A stretch of 64,000 bases of DNA, taken from assembly GCA_038496445.1 (NCBI GenBank), contig JALMLS010000216.1, positions 248,001 to 312,000 of the forward strand. The letters are read 5' to 3'. Below the pieces are notes generated by a model, which was given only the letters and a program-made list of their open reading frames with translations, did no database searches and was not told the origin of the DNA. Within the stretch, counting starts at the first letter, position 1. Every line of letters begins with the position of its first letter. Positions 24,516-44,382 of the stretch are shown piece after piece. The position numbers were made by a program, and so were the translations under genes. Origin of the DNA: Trichosphaerium sp. ATCC 40318 (Eukaryota; Protista; Tubulinea).

Positions 24516-25755
24516 ATGGCGCAGCTATACGAAAGTTTTCAGTTATACGTATCTAATGAAGGCTCCAAGCCAAAACAAGTTCAAATGGGCGAATGTGTAT
24601 TTTTACTCGGCGGTAGAGGCGAAAAAGCACAAGAAGCCTTAGTTACGCTAACAACAAAACACGCAGATGGCAAACGTGTAGTAAACCTTGATTTTAAAGG
24701 TAGACAATACAATTTCACTTTAACGCTCTAAACGTTGATGCAGACTCTCAAAATAAGTCGTATATACCTCTGGGACACTCCTTATATTGTCCGATGAGAG
24801 ACTATCAGTATCAAATTAAACATTCTCCAGACACTGTGAAACCACTTGGTATGCTATGAGCGCCGTTACTATATGTCTCACATACTGCTGTAGATCCTAC
24901 ACGATGCATTCGGGTTGGAGTTACAGTTCTCATCGAACATAGCGGTCACGTACTAATCACAAGGCGTGCAAGCCATCTACGAACGTTTCCAGAAAAATGG
25001 GTACAAAACAATTTAAACGCATACCCTAAAATTAGTCCTAGGTGATGCCTGGCGGGTGCGCGTAGTACAGCTTTAGACTGTACCTTAATGATTTGCATAG
25101 ACACGTGGATAAAGGTGAGACATTTGAACAAGCAGGTACATAAATGACCCTTCATTCATTTTTGCAAAGCGTTCATGTAGGTATTAGAGAGGTACTAGAA
25201 GAGACAGGACTTCATGTTAAAGACTTGAAACTTTGCGGTTTATGGGAGTCATGGTACTAAAATGTTGGCTCCATTGTTACCATTTCTAATGTTTTGTTAT
25301 CGGTGCCTAGTTATCCTACTTTTCTTAAGGATGGTGTACCAAGAAGTCAACACTTGGTTGTAATGTACAAAGCCTCATTATCAGATGAACATGCGAAGCA
25401 ATACCCTTGTAAAAATATTATAAAACTAGAGGAAAGAGACAGACGCAGCTGCGTGGATTAACAAAGATGTTGCCAAGAAGATTCTTACCTTCAAGAACCC
25501 TTCAGAGACTGTAGATACATTTGTACGTATAAGCGGTCTTGTACATGTCGTAACGAGTGTTAGGTATTGCACAAAACTGAAGATAGCCTTAAAGTACAAA
25601 AGTTTGCACTGAAACGATTTTTTCGAACTTTTGATATCAAGCATTCAGAACACAAAGATTTTGATGCAAAGGAATCACTTGCACTTTCTGTTCTCTTCTT
25701 ATTTCGAAAGTGGATTACAAATAATAATGTAAAGCTATGGCCTTTTAACCAGTAG
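24516..25755 (+). CDS. NUDT17: Nudix hydrolase, NUDT17-like, multi-exon
   Basis: VGVTVLIEHSGHVLITRRASHLRTFPEKW|VMPGG|HVDKGETFEQA|GIREVLEETGL...LWESC|YPTFL...PRSQHLVV...ETDAAAW. Confidence 0.85.
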
Positions 25756-26419
25756 CTTAATGCTGAAATAAAATAGTGTTGGCCAAAGCAATGACAACTG
25801 AGAACAGGAACGGTGTTACATAATTGTGTTTGAAGATGGCGCTACATTGTCTGTTGTACTGTTATCGCTTCTCGTATACTACAGTCTTTTTGGCAAGCTC
25901 TTGCCACTATCAACTGACACTTGGAAGGACAACTTATAGTTGCAAGGGTTCGAATGTCATGTTGGCATATTGTTTGTCTCAGTTTTAATTTACTTTACAT
26001 ACCTTTACATACAATTTGTATGACCTACTGGGTTTAATACATCAATAGTATCTAATTGTCTGCAATTGAGGGCGCAATTAATTAGACAATTGCGAAAATT
26101 TGAAAACAATTGATTGTCGCCATTTTCGATCAGTCACGTTTTCTTTTTGTAGCGTCACTCTTGTCTGGTCATAACAAACGCTTGAAATGTGACACAACTT
26201 CACAAATCATTTATTCTTTAATTGCTCAAAGACTGTTCTTAAAACCATAAACCATACATGCAATTCAGCACCTGACTGATGAAGCCTGTTTAGTGCTATT
26301 GATAGGTTCTTGAATATGTCGTATCGCGACATGTTGGCATCTGGCGTCTACCGACTGGTCGCGTATTTTCAATGAAAGCGTTTATATGTCATAAGCCTGA
26401 TTAGCGGATACTGAAGCGT

Positions 26420-28842
<2,423 letters not shown>

Positions 28843-28863
28843 AAAATAAATTATTATAACTCT

Positions 28864-28873
28864 TGTAAATAAA
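28864..28873 (+). terminator. Putative polyadenylation signal TGTAAATAAA (one example of a recurrent motif)
   Basis: The same decamer lies about 18-47 nt after the stops of NDR (28864), cofilin (30053), USP (41566), RCC1-BTB (53415-53424, minus) and the H3-like gene (61988 and 61999, minus). Confidence 0.7.
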
Positions 28874-29458
28874 AAAGAAAGAAAGACATTCACATTGTCA
28901 AATATTGTTAGTAGCAATCAAAGCCTTTTCTTATGTTCATTTTTAGTAACTGCAAACAGCTTATTTAGTTCCCGCAATCACTAAAGTGATTTTTGGTGGA
29001 GCGAACAATACTTCACTTTTTTTTGCTTCAGGCACATATTCGTTTTACAACACAACAACACTCGCATATGTGAAGTTAGAAAAACTGTACTTAAAATCGG
29101 TTTTGGCGCTTACCGTTAACCACAGTATGTTACGCACATAGGGGCGACGTCAAGAGTTGTTGGTGGTGATGAGAAAGGCTCTGGTCGAAATACAATTTTT
29201 GCTATTGTTAGTAGTAGTATTTTTCCTTCATTTTACCATGTTAAAACTCCGTTACGCACTTGCATGAAATACAATTTATCACAATATTGTGTGGTGAAAT
29301 ATTTGGAAGAACATATTTTCAGTGAAAAGTAGAATTTTCTTCATATTTTTTGGTCAATGAGCATGTTTTGCAACGAAAAAACTGCAACGTACTTCCACTT
29401 TGTTGAGGAAGTTATCCAACCTCATATCATATTCTACAACAACAACATACAATACATC

Positions 29459-30022
29459 ATGAGCATACTACAAGTCCAAACACAACTAGATGACGACTGC
29501 ATCCCAGCATTTGATAAGTGCGTCTTTTTTTCTTTTTTCTTCACCACTCATTCGTTGTCTTCTTTTCTTCCTCACCGTCTCTTCAATAGATTCAAGATGG
29601 GCAAGGGAAGTCCTTACATTGTATACAAGCTTACTGATAATCATTCACGTGTTGTCATTCAAACAAAGGGAAAACAAGGAGATGATTGGCAAACACTTGT
29701 TGAACAGCTTCCTGAAAATGAACCGAGATATGTCTTATTCTCATACAATTACGATCTTGGGTCAGATGGAAAAAGAACTAAGACTGTATTTCTTTATTGG
29801 TGTCCAATGAAGTCCGGTGTAAAAAACAGAATGCTTTACACATGCACCAGGATGTACTTGAAGTCCCTCTTTCACGTGCGTTTTTACAAACTTCATTTCT
29901 TTAATTGAAACGTTTTACCAACTCTTTGTTTGTAGGGCATCTCAGTAAGCATGCAAGCTGGTAGGAAATGTGATGTCACAAACGAGTCTGTATTGGATGT
30001 TTGTACAAAAAAATTCAGATAA
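29459..30022 (+). CDS. ADF/cofilin-family actin-binding protein (2 introns)
   Basis: YIVYKL, LPENEPRYVLFSY, KTVFLYWCP, VKNRMLY, SMQA. Confidence 0.9.
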
Positions 30023-31799
30023 GACCATAGTAGTAACTTCTTCACTTGTAAATGTAAATAAATCTTACTACTTTTTCAAATTATCTTGTCGATTATTTCT
30101 TTTCTTTTTCAAGTATCTTGTCGAACTCGAGTCTTAAGTTCAAACCAATACAGCGCTAAGGAAAAATTCACGTATCTCCCAATAACTATAAGCTTGACTA
30201 CTTGAAGTCCAAACCATGAACATAAATTGCTAATGGTCTTCAAGCGGACTTATTAGTTTGTGTTTCGGTTTTTTTTAATCTCTTTACCTTTAAAAAAAAA
30301 AAGTTACCTGTAACAAAATTTTCCAATGCATATTTCTCAGCGCCCTCATTTCAACTTTCTCTGATATGAACATAATCCGTCCCAATCATGGTTGTAAGTG
30401 TGAGGCGCACACCATAATGAATTTAGCATTTGCCAACAAAGCTGTCGAATCAATTAACTGATCCCAATTTTTCCATTTTTTTCGCTAAGTGTTTATAATT
30501 TTAGATTTATATTCCATCTTTTGACCACACACCACTATGTTAAGCTTCTACGCGTTTTAGTGAATGACATGCAATAATAAAATCTATAAATGGAATGTTT
30601 TATAATGGTAATGGAGTTGGGTCACATTGCAAAAATTACTTAGAAATTTTTTCTTGTTTTTTTCAAATTTGTCACATGTGGTATGCTGACTCTTGAATTT
30701 AAATTGTACTAAATTCTATTTCTAGATGGTATATATAGCTCATATACAAGCTTTAAAGTTGAATTTTGAATACGAATTAGCTACCAGCACGTCCAGAAAA
30801 TGTATTTTTGTGATATTTGAATTATGAACATTGACCACACACTGTATTGTTCTTTCTCAAAAAACTTTTTTGGAGTACAAAGTACAACATTGCTGCCACA
30901 AACTGTGTTTTTTTGTTCGCTCCAAATTTTGTTTCCCAAAGTGTTTGGATAAAATTATCCAACGTACTACACTTTATCAAGTGTCTAGGTAGTGTGAAGA
31001 TGTACTGGCCTCGGTATTAGTGGTAAGGGGTACAATTAAACAAATATATATCATTAAAACTCGATAAAGTTAACCAATGACCATGACAAGGCTTGCTATT
31101 ATCTTTCCATCGCCTTTAATTCGTGTTATGTGACTTTTAGCGTAGTTTACGCTTGTGTTAGCTTATTTTAACGGTTTTTTGTAAACCTTGCTGTAAGCGG
31201 TATTATACGTTTATTAGGCGCTAAAAAATCAGATGCTGTGCGTATTTACGCTAGTGTTAAATAGTGTATCAGATTAGGGTTTATTCTGCTTATTTGCACT
31301 TTTGCGTGGCTACAATAGGTAATTAACATTGTTTTAAGGTCATTTTAGTGGTCAATAGTGAGTTTTGTTGAAACATGTTACAGGTAATTTTTTTTTTTGT
31401 TACGTATAACGAGTTAATGGCTCTGATTTTACATGAACTTTGCATAAAAGTCAGTGTATTTTACATTTACTACGTTGAGTACGATTACACAAGTACCACA
31501 ACTTGCCGGAGTTTGTTAATACATATTAATAGTACACAGGGAAAATATTAAATGTCGGCGTTACTATTTGTTTGTGGTTCAGCAAACAGGGACAATTTTA
31601 TTAATATGCCGCCATCTGAAATTAATTAAAATTTGTAGCACATGAATATAGTTTTCCTTGATGTTTGAAACGTTCAAGAGTAAATAAAATCCAATATGCT
31701 TGTTCACGTGAATATCGTGTGACTTAACTTCAAAGCGATTAAGAACTACACTTTTCATATCAACCAACACAACCACTAACAAACAAACGAACAGAACCA

Positions 31800-32318
31800 A
31801 TGGGCAAAGACAAAAAGGAACTATTGAACGTTCTCAAAACTGACAAAGCATTCCATGACATCCGACCTAAGAAAGGAGATATCACAATATCAGCGACAAC
31901 TAACAAGATAACAGTGTTCCAAAGACTACATGGGGAAAAGAAATTTACTGAAACAAAAGCCCGCTGTGTACCACCAAACTGCAAAACTGGATACACAGCA
32001 ATTACAATCTATTTACCAAATCATATTGTTCTAGCGATGTGTACAGACCTTGAACCAACCGCTAAACAAAGAGCTCACCAGCGACTCCATTCATTGATGC
32101 AATTTCCTCTTATGGACAGGGAGATTTTTGAGTCACCTGAAGTTGTAGTAAGTGGATGGTCTATCAAACCGGATGGTAAACTTGGGTATAACTCAAACTC
32201 AATGAATTCGCCAAAGATAAAAAGACCAGACAAATACAAAGCAGTTTACATTGGCACCAATACCATGGAAACCTGGGAACAGGATATAGTCAAAACTATC
32301 TTGAAATACAAAGCATAA
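31800..32318 (+). CDS. Intronless 172-aa basic orphan; C-terminal half tentatively resembles a polymorphic-toxin (Ntox43-like) domain
   Basis: Clean ATG-TAA ORF after an A/C-rich leader; motif AHQRL...VSGWSIKPDGKLGYNSNSMNSP...EQDIVKTI. Confidence 0.65.
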   Translation: MGKDKKELLNVLKTDKAFHDIRPKKGDITISATTNKITVFQRLHGEKKFTETKARCVPPNCKTGYTAITIYLPNHIVLAMCTDLEPTAKQRAHQRLHSLMQFPLMDREIFESPEVVVSGWSIKPDGKLGYNSNSMNSPKIKRPDKYKAVYIGTNTMETWEQDIVKTILKYKA

Positions 32319-33079
32319 TCTACATCTACTTCCGCCTCATCTCCCTTCATCAAGATTTCACCTTCAATATAATCCAAATAAACTACAGTTTGTTACCTAG
32401 ACTAAGTCGAAGCTCTTTTATTAATACACACTAATACGATGAATATTGTGCCTTGCTAGCACATCCTCACTACACTGAAAGTTGCCACGGCCTTGTTTTT
32501 TGGACTGTGATTAAATACCATGAGAATTGTCCACCTTTTGTAGAACACTTCAATTGAACACCAGAAAGTGCAATGACAATCCTTGATCTGGTACGTAAAT
32601 CGAATGAACACTGCCAAATGGGCTAGCAAAATCTGGAATGACTTGTGTTTTTACTCCTATGACTTCGTCAATATCAAAGTGTTTATTGTATGTTGTATAT
32701 AAAGACTAGCATATGGAGTTATATTTTGATCACCGCAATTTAATTTACTCCAAAAAAGGTACATCTGGAACCATGAGGCACTGCAAGTGGACTACAAAGC
32801 GTGGTATATAACGGTAAGGAGCGCATGATAAACGTGGAGGAGAGTATAAATGGGACATTAATGGAGAATTGGTTGTTTTTGACATAAAAGCGGCGAGAAG
32901 GTAAAAGTTGTAAACAAACTGAAATAAAAAGATGTTTGACTAAGTCTTTTGTGCTGTCAACATTAGATGTATAAGTAAAAGCGCAGTGAGGTAGTGTTCG
33001 ACATGTTGTTTTATTTTTAGTCCATAGACAACGACCACCCATCAGGTTTATCAACGCATCCAACCATATCACAATATCC

Positions 33080-34772
33080 TTAAAGTTGTTTAGTTGTTGT
33101 TTGTTTAAGTGAGTAGTTACCTGTCAAAGGACAAAGCATTCGCTTGGCCATTGCACAATAGTCATATATTGGTTTACCTTCAGCTAGATTTGTATGTTCA
33201 AGGTAAGGGTACTTCATATGTACTACATTAATTAGTTTTTTTCTTTTTGGGAGTTCGACACATTTTAGCGTGGTGTACCATAGAACATTGGGAACCAGTG
33301 TCTATCAAACTGATGTATGAGTGCTGGCATCTTACCATCTTTGGTTATTACACGACCATACTGATCGTAACGTAGTTCTACAGAGCAGAAAGCAGTGAAC
33401 AAATAGATGGAAAAATATCACGTGATTTCTTGTATGTACCTTCAATTGGTACAAGGTTCATGTTATATATGATACCATCATTATAAGGATGTATGATAGC
33501 GTTGATATTATATTTTTTATGAATATGCTCATTGTAAACTATGTAGATATGTATACCTTGATCAAAACCAAAAGTCTAAACGTGGCAAAATAAGAATCAG
33601 ATAAATTGATAACTCAGTGTTGGGTATTACCTTTCTACATTCTTCTGTAGCATTTATTGTCAGATCCGTATGAGCACGTAAATAATTATACATGCCTTCT
33701 GAACTTCCTAGTGAGAAAAGTTAAGACGTACAAAGAGCACGTGCTTTTGCTGTTTTTGATAAGCTTCATTTTTTTTTTCATGCCTGCAATTACACCTGCG
33801 CATGAAATGTTGAATTTAGCAACTCTATCTAACTCTTCTTGTCCATAGCAGTTTCTAACCCATTTTGCATCAAACCAAAAGTCTTCTCCAATTGGTAATC
33901 GATGATGTTCCATCATGAATAACACTCCATCATCAGGAATATCTATTACGTTGGTGAGAATCAAATGAACTAGTTGCATTTTTCCAATACTTTCCTGCCC
34001 TACTCGTATGTAGCACAAGTTATTAAAAAACAAAGTATGATGTACCTGGAAAGGGGTCTCTTTGTGCAACAACATCTTCGACATCAGAAAGAATAACCTT
34101 TGTATTAAACAGTGAGCACCTGATTTTTTTTTTGCAACAAGCACCTTTCTGTATTTGTGTCTGTTCTTCTCCAAGTACGCAAGAGGTAAGAAAAATCTAT
34201 TACCTTGTCTATCTCCATTATTCGGAAAAGGGACAATGACAACCTCAGCTCCGAACTCTTTAAATTGTATCTAATCGCGGACACGTGAGTTAACAAAAAA
34301 GACGAAAAAATTACATAAAAAATTAACTTTTACCTTTTGGTCGTAATCTTCCTGTGTAGGCACAATTAAAACAACATGTGCGTCTGGAGCGTGCATTCTC
34401 ATAGCGCGTACAAATACGCTTGCTTTTCTATCTACGAAGATTTAAAACCACAACTACGCAAAGAAAAACCTCAATAACATAAAATCACGGCGTTATCTCA
34501 GCTGAGTAATTTTCTTTTTTTTACGCCTTCAAGAGTCACGTGCGTTGGTTCCATACGATCCCAATGATAACGTCTTGGAGTTCTGGTGCTTTCGGTTCAG
34601 GTTTACTCGGTTTAATAGGCGAAAGATCTGTTCTAGTGGGTTTTCTGTGGTTTGAGATGCTAACAACAACGTAGCGCCCAAGTTCATACGTCATAAGTAA
34701 AATAACAATCATTCCAAAGAAACCAATACGGGTCATGGATATTTTATTCGACGTTGTTTGAGGATTTTTCAT
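33080..34772 (-). CDS. Type II membrane GT-A-fold glycosyltransferase-like protein, multi-exon
   Basis: N-terminal TM and stem, VILSDVEDVVAQRDPF, WVRNCYG, ISCAG, GFDQGIH, LIHQFDRH. Confidence 0.75.
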
Positions 34773-35151
34773 ACTGAGCACGTGTGCGTAGTACGTAGAA
34801 GATAATTACGTGATTGGCTTAAGTGGGTTGAACTGTTTAACCGCTTAATTTCGTGGAGAAGTAGTAATTTTAGCGTAAGGTCTCTAGTTAGTACAATACC
34901 ATGCAGCTCAATTTTTGTAAAAATGGTGTAAGCATGTGATTCAAAGTACAATTTTTAAACATTACGTTGCAGTTCAATAGTCAGTAGTAAAGTGGTCTTG
35001 ACCGCCTTTTGGCGTAGCTGTAAGCTAGACTTCCTTAGACAATGATCAAAATAAATCAACAACAAATTCTAACAGACGAGGAATGTAAAACTTAGGCTGA
35101 AATGTCTGTATAAATAAATTGACCACAACTCAAAATAATAATGAGATACTA

Positions 35152-35913
35152 ATGACGAACGTATCTGAATCGGGTTACAGCCACTTATTTAACCTTCCTA
35201 TAGAGATACAGACAGAAATAGCTGAGTTAGACTGTGAAGTGTACAGGAAGTGGCCATTAGTGTCCAAATACACAGCAACAACAACAAGATTTGATTGTGA
35301 CTTTAAAAAACACAGAAAATGGATAAAACACAGTGTAAACTCTCTAGGGGCTAGGGTTCAAGCGTATTGGAAACATGGCAAACTAGATGGAAAATACACT
35401 GAATGGAGCAATAATCAATTAGTGAAACAATGTTACTATGTTGGTGGAAATCGTGAAGGAGCAGAGAAGGTATGGTACGAAACTGGCCAGTTGAAAGAAC
35501 ACAGTAACTATGTCAATGATAAAATACATGGAGAGTCCAAACTTTGGACTAAAAACGGTCAAATGGTCGAGCAATGTCATTATGTAAATGGTGTACAAGA
35601 AGGCGAGTGTATGTGGTGGCACACAAACGGACAACCACACATAAAATGTACGTTTGTCAATGATACACAACATGGTGAGTGCACGTGGTGGCATAGAAAT
35701 GGCAACTTGTATGAACTTTATAATTGCGAGTATGGTAAAGGCGAAGGAGAGTACAAGCAGTGGCATAGTAATGGTAAACTGAGGATAAAGTGTTATTATG
35801 TCAAAGCTAGGTTAGAAGGAGAGTACAAGGAGTGGAACGCTGAAGGTCAGTTGATAAAGTATTGTACTTTTATTAATAATGAAGAACAACACAACTTATT
35901 ACTTTCAGACTAA
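35152..35913 (+). CDS. Intronless F-box-like + MORN-variant (YwqK-type) repeat protein
   Basis: LFNLPIEIQTEIA...LVSK, followed by about 7 repeats of GxxxxWxxNGxLxxxCxYxxG. Confidence 0.88.
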   Translation: MTNVSESGYSHLFNLPIEIQTEIAELDCEVYRKWPLVSKYTATTTRFDCDFKKHRKWIKHSVNSLGARVQAYWKHGKLDGKYTEWSNNQLVKQCYYVGGNREGAEKVWYETGQLKEHSNYVNDKIHGESKLWTKNGQMVEQCHYVNGVQEGECMWWHTNGQPHIKCTFVNDTQHGECTWWHRNGNLYELYNCEYGKGEGEYKQWHSNGKLRIKCYYVKARLEGEYKEWNAEGQLIKYCTFINNEEQHNLLLSD

Positions 35914-36032
35914 AGACAGAATAAACTAAGAATAGTCATAAATTTATGGTAGTTCACTAATCACACGCAAGAAAAAAATGTGCTGTATCAACTGTAGTTA
36001 TATGTTATGTTTGCCACTCATTTTCTGTATTT

Positions 36033-36751
36033 CTATTTGTGTGAGGCTTCTTTCAATATCTGATACAACTTTCCCTGAATAGCTATTACAAAACCAATGT
36101 TACCAAGTGTAGCAAGTACCTTGAGTGTATCTGTATGTAAGATGGAATGGCTTTAAAGGTTCTGCAAACATTCTATGAATCCAAGATTTAGTGTCCGGCC
36201 ACATCTCATCAAAAGGAATATTGTCGTTTGTAAACCATTTTGGTAGCACCTCTTGTTGCTGTTAATGGACAAGCTATAACGAAGTAGAAAGTGTACCATC
36301 GCTTTCTATGATATTACCGTCCCAAGAGTTGCATAAGAACAGAGCTGTGATAAAGTCATCCTTGGGTTTATCTGTAAAAATGAACTGAATGCAACCTATT
36401 TTCTGTTATTCTGTAGGACTCTCTAATTTATAGTTGTGCGTACCAGCAAATTCAAGCGTTGTTGGTGTTAAACCACATTCTTCTTTACATTCTCTTAATG
36501 CTGCTTGTTTAAATGTCTCGTTTGATTCTAACTTTCCTCCTATACCTTTTGTGTGTTAGGGTATTCTAAAAGGACGCCTACACAATATAGCTGTACCTGT
36601 CCACTTTCCAACGCCAAAACCACGCTATACGGAGTAAGTAGAGCCGCAAATACGGGTATAGTCCACTATTTACCTTTTTTTTAGCAAGTAGCACCTTGTT
36701 GCCCTTAGTTGGGTACACCAAACTTGTACGTATTTCTTTATGCGTTGCCAT
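36033..36751 (-). CDS. NUDT1: MTH1/NUDT1-like oxidised purine NTP hydrolase, multi-exon
   Basis: VLLAKKK|RGFGVGKWT|GIGGKLE...AALRECKEECGL...ESD|EVLPKWF...IPFDEMWPD. Confidence 0.88.
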
Positions 36752-37008
36752 TGTTGTTTACTATTAATATAAAGTGAATACAAGAGAAATGTTGACTCTT
36801 TTTCTCGGGCAATGACCCCGAAACTTAAGTTGTGGTATCGTGCAACACAAAAAGAAACTCCAACAGAGCAAATTTACTGCCTCACTGCAAAGTTCAAACA
36901 TAGTGAACTGGCTCCAGTTGTGTCAGGTAGGGTTTGACGCGTAACTAGCAGAGAAATTAATTATTTGCGTTGACCATATTTTTGTGTCAGTGAAAGCGCT
37001 TCCGCACA

Positions 37009-41548
<4,540 letters not shown>

Positions 41549-41870
41549 ATAAAGTAATGATAAAATGTAAATAAAAAATATGTGCTTTTTGTTTGAAATT
41601 GCTATTTTTTTGTATACAATTGATGCTAACCTCTACAAGATGGGTTTCCAGATTGGCGTCTTGAATTTCTTTTAATCTCCAAAAATATTGCTTGTAATAC
41701 TGTTTTGATTGCACAAAAACTCTTTCTCCCATTTCACAAGTATCATTGTGTTGTGGTTGGTAACTGAATAATTATAAAGTTTAGTAGCAACTTGCTTTTA
41801 AGGCCCTTAAGTACAGCTGTTTTTTTTTGCTGTTCTTACCAAAAAGTGACAAACTTAACATCATAACGAA

Positions 41871-42541
41871 ATGTCTAGCGTTGAATTACCACCAGAGCTT
41901 GCATATATTATTGTAGAGAATGTAATGACAGTCAAACTGCTGAAAATCGTAAGGACGTTAAATACTCTTTATTCTGCCATAGCAAATAAGGCCTTACTGT
42001 ACAAGGCACGTGTTATACTTTTTAGACTTAATTACATAATTTAGCGTAAACTTGTACCAATGAAAGGGAGTGTGGCGAAAATGGGACCCTTGCTTAGAAA
42101 TTGGAAAGTATTTACAAACTTTGAGTTGCGAATAGATGCATTGTATCTTACTAAAATGTAATTCCACAATACAATTAGTTACTAACATCAAAATCAAGGA
42201 CAACTAGAAAGTACCCTTTAATGGATATTAAAAAAGTGCAGGCTGTCAGCCCAGAAAAGACAAACAGACCAAACGTATGGTGTATTACACACAAGGTGAA
42301 AGATAAGGAAATAGTTACATATTTTTACAATCAAACTAAGGAGGAGGTACAACTTTAAAACCTTGTTGAGGCTTTACAAATTATTCTTTTCTTAAAATAG
42401 ACAAGCCCTTTCTTGCTTTTCAAATAGAAATGTATTTCTTTGTTTATCATGAGTTAACACTGTTTTTAGAGACAAGAATGGATGGAGCATATCAGGTTGG
42501 GAATATGGCTGTGTCATCTTTTTCCTCAGGAAAGTCAATAA
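41871..42541 (+). CDS. Small F-box-like + PH-like protein, multi-exon (middle splicing unresolved)
   Basis: MSSVELPPELAYII (F-box-like); MKGSVAKMGPLLRNWK and TYFYNQTKEE|RQEWMEHI (first strand and terminal helix of a PH domain). Confidence 0.55.
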
Positions 42542-42594
42542 AAAACGATGTTTCATTTATGACATTGTTATTTATTTTTACGTTCTAGAACGTA

Positions 42595-43987
42595 TCATGT
42601 TGACATGAACATAAAACAATCATTAAGTCGTCGAGGACAGTTAGATATTACTTCAGGTGGACATATGTCATTATCACAATTAAAGGTATTAACTTCAGCA
42701 GGATCTACAAGGCTGCAACAACTAAAAGAAGTTGTCAATAAATGTAGACATGTTGTTTTTACCTGTTAGTACCACCACCGCCTTGTATTCGCCCATTAGT
42801 TAACGTAGTTTCAGTCACGCTTTCAACAAAAATAGTATCATCCCCATCGGCACCATTGATAAAGTTTGCAACTGTTGATGTTGGTTCTAGAAGTTAATGT
42901 TAATAATCTAATAACGTTCATATGGTTATGTACGTATTGTAACTTCTGACACAAAAAGAACATCATTTTCAGTTCCTCCATTCATGTTTGTCATTAAAGA
43001 GCACCTGGCAAATAACATATCATTACCTTCAGCTCCTTAACAAATATAAGCCAAATGATCGAATAAAAGCAACTAAGGTGACAAGATACCAGAAATGCTT
43101 TGAACGTCGCTGTTTTGTACATCGATACAATCATCGTCGTTTCCTCCGAAGACTGTGCCAGTTATTGATTGAACACCTCTATAAGGAACAACTTTAAGGC
43201 AGTCATTTCCATTTTGTCCGTTTAGAGGTTCGCTGTTTATACCATTAACTCAGTCACACTTAAGAAACGCACGGTGGCATTCCCATAGTTACAACAAGAC
43301 TTCCTTCGAATATTATGTCATCAGCGTCATTACCTCCATTAATTCTTGAAGTAGTAGCTTGAGTAACTCTCACACAATCATCACCTTCTCCTAACCATTT
43401 GTCAAATTTATTTTTGTCACGTGTCCAAACTCAGTTGAAAATATCAAAAAAACCAAAGATAGCTATAAAATTCTTTATGTCTGAACGGTTCTTACTTGCA
43501 AATATTATTCCTGTAACTGTTGCTCCTTCTGTGACACGAATACAATCCTCTCCAGGTCCTGTATTTATAGAGCCTACAGTTACTCCTGAACCTCTTACAA
43601 GAACGCAATCAGGATTATCCGTTCCAAGGATTTGCGAAACGGCCGTTTCTACTATCACACAATTCGTAGAAATATCTTCAAGCACCACTATAAGCATTTT
43701 AAATTAAAAACGACCAATTGTGATCTTTTTATTCAAGTGAAGCAAAACGGGGTTTATCGGTGGTACTTACCAGCGCCATCGCCGTTGGCTACTGCGGTCA
43801 TACAATTATCAAAATCGCAAGCGCTACAAGCCATACAATTACATTCGCACCCACGAACATCAGGTAGCGCCGGCTGAGCGTGGTGTACGCTTATAACTAA
43901 GTAATATGGTAAGATATGGTTTAGTTAACTGGTAAACGTACATAAGCTAAGCCACAAAAAAGATAAAAGAGGTGTTGTATTCTTCAT
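42595..43987 (-). CDS. Secreted Cys-containing protein with RTX/hemolysin-type Ca2+-binding-like repeats, multi-exon
   Basis: Signal-like N-terminus; repeats GTDNPDCVLV, GPGEDCIRV, GEGDDCVRV, GGNDADDIIF, GGNDDDCIDV, GGTENDVLFV, GADGDDTIFV. Confidence 0.75.
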
Positions 43988-44382
43988 GAAGGTTAACTTA
44001 TTTAAAAAAAATCTCCAGAGAGGTAGCGATTGTGATTTGGGGAAAATGGAGAAACAAAAATGCCTTGTGTAGTTAATTAATACGAAGAACCAGAAAACAA
44101 AGAAAAAGATACATCCTTTATGAAATCGTTTCAAATCACATGATGTTTTGAAACACTAAAAATAGCTTTCCCCCGTTTCTTTATCGAGAAAAATTAAAGT
44201 TGTAGAGCACAGGATGGGCATAATGACATCCATGTTTAACTTGTAGATTAGGTTTTGGCGAAGTATTTGTTGTACCCACATTAACAGAGAACAATAGCCT
44301 TTTTCGGTAACAAACTTTATTTTGTAGCTAGTATGGAGAGTCTTTAGTGGTTTTTCTCGACTGTCTGATGAGGTTGTGTTTG

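Noticed and set aside
29180-29225. AATTTTTG followed by a weak stem as an snRNA Sm site
   Set aside because: No U1/U2/U4/U5/U11/U12 diagnostic sequence nearby; the motif is common in AT-rich DNA.
30100-31750. Possible transposon or decayed gene in a long AT-rich spacer
   Set aside because: No TIRs, transposase/RT motifs or consistent reading frame found by eye.
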